A stretch of DNA of 24,903 bases from positions 1-24,903 of the forward strand of contig SYCH01000248.1 of NCBI GenBank assembly GCA_005787025.1, given 5' to 3'. This document shows positions 8,022 to 15,513 of this stretch, piece after piece. The first letter of the stretch is position 1, and each line of letters begins with the position of its first letter. The notes under the pieces are model-generated. The model did not search any database, was not told the DNA's origin, and worked only from the letters and a program-made list of their open reading frames with translations. A program made the translations under genes and the position numbers. Source of the stretch: Actinomycetota bacterium (GTDB lineage: Bacteria; Actinomycetota; Acidimicrobiia; Acidimicrobiales; Ilumatobacteraceae).

Positions 8022-8744
8022 GTGCTCGAGACGTACGTTGCGGTGGCGAACGAACTGGAAGAACGGGTCCGAGGACTTTCCGTCGGGGACCGCGTGCCTT
8101 CCGAAAACGAGGTAGTTCAGGAGTTTGCGGTGAGTCGGCCCACGGCGCGGGCCGCGTTGCAGGAGTTGGAACGTCGCTTCTTGGTACGACGGAAGAAGGG
8201 CTCGGGGACGTTCGTGAACGAACGAATCCCCTACCCGGTCGGCGGTAGACACCCCGCCAGCATCAGTCAAGCTCTCGCCCTGTCGGGTCACCGGGCCGAC
8301 TTACGAATCGTCACCGTCACCGATGTCGAACCGACTCAGTCCGAGGCTCGATCGTTCGGTGATGACGCTCCTTCGCGTCTCTGGTCGATCGGTCGGACCA
8401 TCTCCGTCGACGGCGATGTCGTGGGTTTCAACGTCAGCAAGTTGTCCGCATCGCTAACGCCCGACGTGCGTCGGCACTTGACGGGTACTCCGTCGATCTG
8501 GCGGATTCTCGACGTCCATTACGGAATTCGCCTCGTTCGTCGGAGCATCGACGTCTCGATCGACACTCCCCCCGAGCATGTCGCGCGGATACTCGACTCC
8601 CGCGAACCGGCCTGGCATCTGCGGAGCGTCAACGTGAACGAGCCTCACGGAGGCGTCGTCGAACTCGGGGAGTCCTGGATCCGTACGGATCGGGTGGCCG
8701 TGACGGTTCGATTCGATCACTCGACCGAAGCGAGGAGTGCATGA
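8022..8744 (+). CDS. phnF: GntR/HutC-family regulator (wHTH plus UTRA), PhnF-like
   Basis: GDRVPSENEVVQEFAVSRPTARAAL-EL...GSGTFV wHTH and a C-terminal UTRA domain; heads the C-P lyase operon. ORF opens at 8004; 8022 is preferred on leaderless geometry. Confidence 0.88.
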   Translation: MLETYVAVANELEERVRGLSVGDRVPSENEVVQEFAVSRPTARAALQELERRFLVRRKKGSGTFVNERIPYPVGGRHPASISQALALSGHRADLRIVTVTDVEPTQSEARSFGDDAPSRLWSIGRTISVDGDVVGFNVSKLSASLTPDVRRHLTGTPSIWRILDVHYGIRLVRRSIDVSIDTPPEHVARILDSREPAWHLRSVNVNEPHGGVVELGESWIRTDRVAVTVRFDHSTEARSA

Positions 8745-9178
8745 CCATGGACCGCAACCGAAGAAGCGAACTACTCGCTCGCGCCAATTCGTCCGAATTG
8801 ACGGCGATGGCCGAGGCATTCCTCTCGAGACGTTCGATCGCCGAGGAAATACAGGTCGTCAATCCGCCCGAGGTGGGGATGGTGATGATGCAGGTACGCG
8901 AACCCGTGTGCAAGGAGCGATTCCATCTCGGAGAAGTCGTGGTCACCCGCGCCGAAGTGGCGGTGGCCGGCGTTCGAGGATGGGCCATGAGGTCCGGCAC
9001 GGATAGAGAGACGACGTTGGCGGCCGCCCTTCTCGATGCGTGCGCCGAGCACGATGTCGAACTGGCCGCCGAGGTGCAAGCTCTCTGTGAGCGAACCGCC
9101 GACCGGATCGCAGCCGACGAGCGGCGCGAATGGGAAGAACTCAGAGCCACGGCCGTGTCGTTCGAGGAGCTCGACTGA
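8741..9178 (+). CDS. phnG: C-P lyase subunit PhnG
   Basis: PEVGMVMMQVR...FHLGEVVVTRAEV...G-G...AALLDA; ATGA overlap with phnF. Confidence 0.93.
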   Translation: MTMDRNRRSELLARANSSELTAMAEAFLSRRSIAEEIQVVNPPEVGMVMMQVREPVCKERFHLGEVVVTRAEVAVAGVRGWAMRSGTDRETTLAAALLDACAEHDVELAAEVQALCERTADRIAADERREWEELRATAVSFEELD

Positions 9179-9179
9179 A

Positions 9180-9848
9180 ATGAACCTTGCCATCGACCCG
9201 GAGGCCCGCCGGATGCCCGCCAAGGTCGCAGCCTGCAGGTTCGATGCCCTCGAATCGCAAGCGATCTTCAAAGTCATGCTCGATACCACTTCGCGGCCGG
9301 GTCTGATCCTCGACCTCCCCCGCCGGATCGTCGATCGAATTCCGAGCGCTCTCGCCCCCCTCGTCGTACTCGCCGATGTGGAAACGCGCGTACACGTGAT
9401 CGACACCCCGACCTTTGCCTGGTCCGAAGCCGTCACCAGTGCCACTGGCGCCCGTCCAGCACAACTGAACAAGGCCGATCTGATCGCTGTTCCTGCCGAT
9501 GGCCGTGAACATCTCACGTCGATCTTCACATTCGCCCATCCAGGGTCAGCCTTCTCTCCGGAATCAGGAGCTCGTCTGATGATCGGGGTGAACGACATTC
9601 GCTCTCACGGAACGAGTGATTCGGCAGGGGTGGAACTCGTCATCCGCGGTCCCGGTGTCGAGGGCGAACGTGGGCTCTGCATTGACGGTCTCACCGAGGC
9701 CGATGTGAATGCATGGCGCACCACGAACTCTCGCTTTCCCGCCGGCATCGATGTCTGGTTGACGACCGAAGCCGGTCGCATCGTCGCCATCCCTCGTTCG
9801 TCGCGACTCGACGTCGTCGCGACGTGGCCCACTCAGGAAAGGAAATAA
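9180..9848 (+). CDS. phnH: C-P lyase subunit PhnH
   Basis: SQAIFKVMLDTTSRPG, LADVET, GSAFSPESGARL, IRGPGV and FPAGIDV...IVAIPRS motifs; ATG 9180 directly follows the phnG stop. Confidence 0.92.
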   Translation: MNLAIDPEARRMPAKVAACRFDALESQAIFKVMLDTTSRPGLILDLPRRIVDRIPSALAPLVVLADVETRVHVIDTPTFAWSEAVTSATGARPAQLNKADLIAVPADGREHLTSIFTFAHPGSAFSPESGARLMIGVNDIRSHGTSDSAGVELVIRGPGVEGERGLCIDGLTEADVNAWRTTNSRFPAGIDVWLTTEAGRIVAIPRSSRLDVVATWPTQERK

Positions 9849-10958
9849 ATGGGATACGCAGCAGCTCGAGGCGGATTGAAGGCCATCGAGGCCGCCGAAC
9901 GTCTGGTCGCCCGCGAGAGGGTCCTTGGCGAAAGCCAGTGGCTCGAGTCGAAGCAGATGATCGAGAAACTCCGCCTCGCCGTTGACCGGGTGATGGGAGA
10001 GGGCGGACTGTGGGACGAACATCTGGCCGCCTCAGCCCTCCGACAGGCCGAGGGAGACCCGATCGAAGCGGCCCACCTTCTGCGTTCGTATCGATCGACA
10101 CTTCCACGTCTCGCTTACACAACTCCCGTCGACGTGGACGACCTGACCGTCCTGCGTCGCATCGTTCCGGCGTTTCGTAATCCACCCGGACCCCAGTTGC
10201 TCGGCCGCACGACCGATTACACCGGCCGCCTGCTCGATACCGATGACGAGACCTCTCAGCGCACAGCAGCCGAGAAGATGGCGGCCTTCATCGAGGAAAA
10301 TGTCACGATCTCGAAGGCGATCGACGGTGACGCTGAACCGACTGACATCCGCCAGCCGCGTCGGTTGCTCGACTTGCTGCGCGACCTCGACGCCGTTGTC
10401 GATCGCCGTCGCACGGACGATCCCGAGCCGTTCGACATCACACGTCATCCGGCCCGTCCCCCGGCGACGCGTTCGGCGCGTCTGGCCACCATGGCTCGTG
10501 CCGAGACCGGTGCACTCGTCAATGTCTGGTATCGAAACATCCTCGGGCCCGACGGTTATCTGCACGAGATCACACTCGGTGAGGTTCGACACGGACGCCT
10601 TCCCGTGACCGTGATTCATCCACTCACCGGTGATCCCGTGTCGATCTCCGACGTCCGGGTCACCGAAGTCGAGGCCATCGAAGATCTGAACGGCATCGAC
10701 GAGGATCGTGGTCGATTCGATGTCGGATACGGGCTGTGTTTCGGGCACAACGAGAAGAAGGCGATCGCGATGGCCAATCTCGACATCGCCTGTGAGCGCG
10801 ACAAGGGTCGTAGTTTTCTCGAGCAATCGATCCTGCTCACCACTGATGGACTCGATGCGAGTGGCTTCCTCGAGCACCTGAAGCTTCCTCATTACGTGAC
10901 TTTCCGTTCGATGATGGAGCGCAAGGCGGCCATTCGTCAGTTCCAGGAAAACACATGA
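9849..10958 (+). CDS. phnI: C-P lyase subunit PhnI (ribosyltriphosphonate-forming nucleosidase)
   Basis: MGYAAARGG, VDRVMGEGGLW, QAEGDPIEAAHLLRSYRSTLPR, RRIVPAF, FGHNEKKAIAMA and GFLEHLKLPHYVTF (Zn-binding His residues). Confidence 0.96.
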   Translation: MGYAAARGGLKAIEAAERLVARERVLGESQWLESKQMIEKLRLAVDRVMGEGGLWDEHLAASALRQAEGDPIEAAHLLRSYRSTLPRLAYTTPVDVDDLTVLRRIVPAFRNPPGPQLLGRTTDYTGRLLDTDDETSQRTAAEKMAAFIEENVTISKAIDGDAEPTDIRQPRRLLDLLRDLDAVVDRRRTDDPEPFDITRHPARPPATRSARLATMARAETGALVNVWYRNILGPDGYLHEITLGEVRHGRLPVTVIHPLTGDPVSISDVRVTEVEAIEDLNGIDEDRGRFDVGYGLCFGHNEKKAIAMANLDIACERDKGRSFLEQSILLTTDGLDASGFLEHLKLPHYVTFRSMMERKAAIRQFQENT

Positions 10959-11884
10959 ATACCCCCCTTCTCCAACAAGTGTTGGACCGCACGACTCCGG
11001 TCGACGATTCACCGGCCTCCCATCTCGAGGTGAATTTCGGTCTTCTCGACGAGTACTCCAAGCGCGAGATCCGACGTGCGATTCTGACCGCCGTCGCCGT
11101 CCCCGGCTATCAGGTTCCGTTCGGTTCACGAGAGATGCCCGTCGCGCGCGGCTGGGGTTCGGGTGGCCTGCAGATCTCTCTCGCCATCGTCGGACCATAC
11201 GACGTCGTGAAAGTGATCGATCAGGGCGACGACGAGGGTGTCAACGCCGTCAACCTACGACGCCTCATCGTGTCGTCGACCGGAATACCCGAGTCGACCA
11301 CTCCCGAGGACAGCACTCTCATTCAGACGCGTCATCGAATTCCGGAGGATCCACTCGACGAACGGCACACCTTGGTTCTGCAAGTCCCCGTGCCCGAACC
11401 TCTCCGTGGGGTCGAACGAGACATGCGCGAATTGGCACGCATGCACGCCGAAGCCGATTACGCGCGAATGTGGGTCAGCTTGTACGAGGACAAGGTTCGC
11501 AACGGTGTCATCACGCGCACCACGGGCTATCCCTGCCTCGTCAACGGGCGCTACGTGATCGCCACCACACCGATTCCCCGGTGGGACGTCCCGCGTCTGC
11601 ACCGTTCCCGATTCCTGGCGCTCTTCGGCGCTGGCCGTGAAAAGCGCATTTATGCCGTGCCGCCTCACACCGATGTGGAGCCACTCACGTTCGAAGACGT
11701 TCCATTCGAGGTGGAGGTCACGCCCGGTGCGTCGTGTCGAACGTGTTCCAGCACGGAGTCATTTCTGGTCGAGATACCCGGGGCGACGGCGGGCGACGGC
11801 GGACACTGGGTGTGTAGCGACAGCGATTGGTGCCGTCGCAATCGTGAGCGACTGCAGCATCCGTCGAGAGGAGATCGGTCGTGA
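10955..11884 (+). CDS. phnJ: Radical-SAM C-P lyase catalytic subunit PhnJ
   Basis: LDEYSKREIRRAIL-AVAVPGYQVPFGSREMP (Gly32 equivalent), GWGSGG, IQTRHRIPE, PIPRWD, LFGAGREKRIYAVPPHT and C-x2-C-x22-C-x5-C (three cluster Cys plus the thiyl Cys). Confidence 0.97.
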   Translation: MNTPLLQQVLDRTTPVDDSPASHLEVNFGLLDEYSKREIRRAILTAVAVPGYQVPFGSREMPVARGWGSGGLQISLAIVGPYDVVKVIDQGDDEGVNAVNLRRLIVSSTGIPESTTPEDSTLIQTRHRIPEDPLDERHTLVLQVPVPEPLRGVERDMRELARMHAEADYARMWVSLYEDKVRNGVITRTTGYPCLVNGRYVIATTPIPRWDVPRLHRSRFLALFGAGREKRIYAVPPHTDVEPLTFEDVPFEVEVTPGASCRTCSSTESFLVEIPGATAGDGGHWVCSDSDWCRRNRERLQHPSRGDRS

Positions 11885-12723
11885 CGACGGACTGGGCGTT
11901 GAGGGTGTCGTCCCTCGGAAAGATCCACGGCTCGGCCGACCTACGAGCGCTCGAGGACACCGGCCCCGACATTGGGACGGCCAAGAGTGCCATCACCGGT
12001 TCGATCGTCGCCGCCTGGGACGTGGGGTTCGAGGTGTCTCCTGGTGAAGCGCTCGGGGTGATCGGTGAATCTGGTTCGGGGAAGTCGACGGTGATGCGCT
12101 GCATCGCCGGAGACCAACCATCGACGAGCGGCGAAGTGCACCTCCGGACCGTGGACGATGGACGAACCAATGTGCTCGAGCTCGATCCCTCGGCTCGTCG
12201 ACGACTGAGAATCTCCGACTTGGCGGTGGTGTACCAGGATCCCGCGGAAGGTCTTCGATTGAACGTCACGGCCGGAGGGAACATCGCCGAGGCACTCACC
12301 GCAGCCGGATGGAGGCACTTCGGTCGAATTCGTGACCGTGCCGCGGAACTGTTGGAACGCACAGAGGTACCCCACTCGCGCATGGACGATCTGGTCGGCA
12401 CCTTTTCCGGTGGAATGCGCCAGCGAGTGCAACTCGCCAAGGCCTTGGCCAACGAACCACCGGTCCTCCTCCTCGACGAACCGACGACCGGACTGGACGC
12501 CTCCGTGGCGGCCGGCGTCCTCGATCTGATCCGAAACCTCCTCGAGGAAACCGGTGTGGCCGCCGTCGTCGTGTCGCACGACTTCGCGGTGATCGAAATG
12601 CTGACCACCCGTTGCGTGGTGATGAACCATGGTCGAATCGTCGAAGCGGGTCTCACCGATCGACTACTCGAGGACCCGCACCATCCGTACAGCCAGCGCT
12701 TGGTCGGGGCGGCCCGCGCATGA
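11881..12723 (+). CDS. phnK: C-P lyase ABC-ATPase subunit PhnK
   Basis: GESGSGKST, YQDPAEGLRLNVTAGGNIAE, FSGGMRQR, LLLDEPTTGLDASV, VSHD and HPYSQRLV. Confidence 0.95.
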   Translation: MTTDWALRVSSLGKIHGSADLRALEDTGPDIGTAKSAITGSIVAAWDVGFEVSPGEALGVIGESGSGKSTVMRCIAGDQPSTSGEVHLRTVDDGRTNVLELDPSARRRLRISDLAVVYQDPAEGLRLNVTAGGNIAEALTAAGWRHFGRIRDRAAELLERTEVPHSRMDDLVGTFSGGMRQRVQLAKALANEPPVLLLDEPTTGLDASVAAGVLDLIRNLLEETGVAAVVVSHDFAVIEMLTTRCVVMNHGRIVEAGLTDRLLEDPHHPYSQRLVGAARA

Positions 12724-13481
12724 CTTTCGCTGACAACATCCTTTCTGTTCGTGGTCTGTCGAAGGACTTCGTTCTGCACACCATCGATGGTCGGCGCGTC
12801 GAAGCCCTTCGTGGAGTCGATCTGGACATACTTCCCGGTGAACACGTTGCTCTCGCCGGGTCGAGTGGAGCTGGTAAGTCGTCGTTGCTGAAGTGCATCT
12901 ACCGCACGTACGAACCCTCGGCAGGCTCGGTGGTGCTTCGGCTCCGCTCCGGTTCGCGCATCGATCTGACGTTGTTGTCCGATCAGGAGATGTCCTACTT
13001 ACGCGGCCGCGACATCGGCTACGTCTCGCAGTTTCTGCGGGCCGAACCCCGCCGTGGACCGCTCGACATAGTCGCACGAGCCGGAGTGTCTCGTGGGATG
13101 GATCGCAACACGGCACGCGATGCAGCCGCGGTGTCACTGAAGCGACTCAACATCGACGAGAAACTCTGGGACGTTCACGCCTCGGTGCTGTCGGGAGGCG
13201 AAAAACAACGTATCAACCTCGCGGCCGGCACGATCTCGTCACCCCAACTCTTACTTCTGGACGAACCGGTGTCGGCTCTCGATCCGGCGAATCGCGAAGC
13301 GGCCCTCGATCTCATCGGCGATCTCGCCACTCAAGGAGTTGCCGTGCTGGCCGTGTTCCACGACGTGGAGGCCATGGAGCGTCTCGCGAGTCGAATCGTT
13401 CTCATGCGGGACGGTCGCGTGGAGTCCAGCGGCGAACCGTCCTCGATGTTGGAAATTCTCACCCAAGGAGCCCGTCGATGA
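12720..13481 (+). CDS. phnL: C-P lyase ABC-ATPase subunit PhnL
   Basis: LSKDFVLH, GSSGAGKSSLLKCIYRTY, YVSQFLR, LSGGEKQRINLA, LLLDEPVSALD and VFHD; start ATG 12720 from the ATGA overlap with phnK. Confidence 0.95.
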   Translation: MTFADNILSVRGLSKDFVLHTIDGRRVEALRGVDLDILPGEHVALAGSSGAGKSSLLKCIYRTYEPSAGSVVLRLRSGSRIDLTLLSDQEMSYLRGRDIGYVSQFLRAEPRRGPLDIVARAGVSRGMDRNTARDAAAVSLKRLNIDEKLWDVHASVLSGGEKQRINLAAGTISSPQLLLLDEPVSALDPANREAALDLIGDLATQGVAVLAVFHDVEAMERLASRIVLMRDGRVESSGEPSSMLEILTQGARR

Positions 13482-14680
13482 ATCGACTCGTGATCACCAA
13501 TGCGACCGCGGTACTGCCCGATCGCGTCCTGTCCGATGCCACCATCGTCTGCGAAGAAGGGGTCATCGTCGACGTGAACGATTCACGTCATGCGCACACC
13601 GTCGAAACCCGATCGATCGATGCTCGGGGTGCGCTGTGCATACCCGGATTGGTGGACACCCACAGCGACGGTTTGGAACGCGAGCGTTTCCCCCGTCCGG
13701 GCGTCGATCTCGGTTCACGTTTTCCCGTGCGTTCATTCGAAGGCCGGGTGAGGGCGGCCGGCATCACCACGATGTTCCACGGCATCGGATTCGAGGAGGA
13801 CGCCAAGAACCTTCGCAGCGTCGTGCTGGCCAACGAATGGTCCGACGAATTGGAGACCTATCGGGAATCCGGTCGCGCCCTCGTCGACCATCGCATCCTG
13901 TACCGACTCGACGCCCGCGATCCGGACGGCTTTCCCTGCCTGGTGGATCGATTGGCACGGCGAGCCGACGACGGATCTCTGCCCCTCGTTTCGTTCGAGG
14001 ATCACACGCCGGGTCAGGGTCAGTACGCCGACCGCACCGCCTTCGAGCGATACATCGTCGGAACCCAAGGCCTGTCCGAAGACGAGGCACGCCAGCGGGT
14101 CGATCAGATCATCGCCGAACGAGATTCGACGTTGGCCCACCGTGACTTGGCCCTCGCGTGGTTGGTCGAGCGAGCCGCCCATGGTGAGATCCGACTCATG
14201 GCCCATGATCCTGCCACCGTTGCCGATGCCGATTCGGCGCGTGAATGGAATGCCACCATCGCCGAGTTCCCCACCACTCTCGAAGCCGCCGAACGTGCCA
14301 AGGAACTCGGGCTCCGCACGGTCTGTGGAGCTCCGAACGTGATGCGCGGGCGGAGTCATTCCGGAAACGTGAGCGCTCGGGAGTTGATTTCCCGGGGACT
14401 CTGTGACGGCTTGGCCAGTGACTACCTGCCCTCCACGATGTTGGGTGCCGTGGCCGTGCTCGTGCACGAAGGAGTCTGCACCCTTCCCGACGCCGTGGCC
14501 CTCGTCTCCTCGGGACCCGCCGTCACGGTCGGCCTGTTCGATCGTGGTTCGATCAGCGTGGGTCGACTGGCCGACCTCGTGATCGCCGAATTGGACGGCC
14601 CGCTCGCGGTGGTTCGACACGTCGTGCGTGGCGAGGAAATGAGACTCGACGTCGGTGACGCCTTGGCGGTCCTCGCGTGA
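13478..14680 (+). CDS. phnM: Alpha-D-ribose 1-methylphosphonate 5-triphosphate diphosphatase PhnM
   Basis: From ATG 13478 (MNRLVITNA): PGLVDTHSDGLE, EDHTPGQGQ, AHD, EFPTT, GAPNVMRGRSHSGNVSA and LASDY. The ORF-track start at 12893 is an in-frame extension overlapping phnL. Confidence 0.95.
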   Translation: MNRLVITNATAVLPDRVLSDATIVCEEGVIVDVNDSRHAHTVETRSIDARGALCIPGLVDTHSDGLERERFPRPGVDLGSRFPVRSFEGRVRAAGITTMFHGIGFEEDAKNLRSVVLANEWSDELETYRESGRALVDHRILYRLDARDPDGFPCLVDRLARRADDGSLPLVSFEDHTPGQGQYADRTAFERYIVGTQGLSEDEARQRVDQIIAERDSTLAHRDLALAWLVERAAHGEIRLMAHDPATVADADSAREWNATIAEFPTTLEAAERAKELGLRTVCGAPNVMRGRSHSGNVSARELISRGLCDGLASDYLPSTMLGAVAVLVHEGVCTLPDAVALVSSGPAVTVGLFDRGSISVGRLADLVIAELDGPLAVVRHVVRGEEMRLDVGDALAVLA

Positions 14681-15492
14681 GCGTCCCCTCACCACGATTC
14701 GTCGAAGTCCATCCCGCGTTGTCGACTGCGGCGGCCGCGGCCCATGACGCTTACATCACCGCCAAACGCAACCGGACTCGCACCGAATTGGCCTCCATCA
14801 TCGGTGTCGGAGGCGACGGAACGCCGACCATGTTCCTGGATCAATTGGTGGACGAGGCGGTCGTCGCCGCGGTCGAACCGTTCGGAGTCAACATCCTCTC
14901 CGAGGAGATCGGCTGGGTCGACAACGGATCAGCGATCACCCTCGTCATGGACCCCGTCGACGGCACGGCGAACGCCGTCGCCGGAATTCCGTCTTGTGCC
15001 TTCGCCGGAACCATCGTGATCGACGGGATCATCACCGACTCCCAGATCATCTGGCTCGACTCGAATCGTTCCTTCCTCGCCCATCGCGACGACACCGGTG
15101 GTTTCGACATCTCCGAGCCTCTCCTCACCACCGGTCGGCGTTCATTGGAAGGGGCTTCCATCGCGATGTTGCGTCCCCGACCGGAGACTCGCTCCGCATG
15201 GAACCGCGTCGTCGAGCCGACCGAACGTCTACGTGTCATGGGTAGTTCGGTGATCGAAGGTTCGCTGGTCGCCATGGGGTCCATCGACGCGTTCGTCGAC
15301 GCCGGGGGCGACGTCCACCGACTGGTCGATCTGCTTCCCCTGGTGCCATTCGTGGAACATGCCGGTGGAGTCATCATCGACGCCTTCGGTCGGCCGTTGG
15401 GTTTCGACACCGACTTGTCGAAGCGCTGGAGCGGCATCGTGGCCGCCACGCCCGAGTTGGCCGACCAGATTCGTTCCATCATCGATCGTTGA
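14677..15492 (+). CDS. Inositol monophosphatase / FBPase (FIG) family phosphatase
   Basis: ILSEEIG, MDPVDGTANA, LRVMGS-I-GSLVA-G-IDAFVD and RLVDL...EHAGG; all three metal-binding acidic motifs present; GTGA overlap with phnM. Confidence 0.9.
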   Translation: MSVPSPRFVEVHPALSTAAAAAHDAYITAKRNRTRTELASIIGVGGDGTPTMFLDQLVDEAVVAAVEPFGVNILSEEIGWVDNGSAITLVMDPVDGTANAVAGIPSCAFAGTIVIDGIITDSQIIWLDSNRSFLAHRDDTGGFDISEPLLTTGRRSLEGASIAMLRPRPETRSAWNRVVEPTERLRVMGSSVIEGSLVAMGSIDAFVDAGGDVHRLVDLLPLVPFVEHAGGVIIDAFGRPLGFDTDLSKRWSGIVAATPELADQIRSIIDR

Positions 15493-15513
15493 TGGAACGT
15501 CTCCACTGATCAA

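Noticed and set aside
12893-13477. Apparent 195-aa N-terminal extension of PhnM
   Set aside because: Overlaps phnL in another frame and is low-complexity Arg-rich; ATGA coupling at 13478 gives a normal PhnM.
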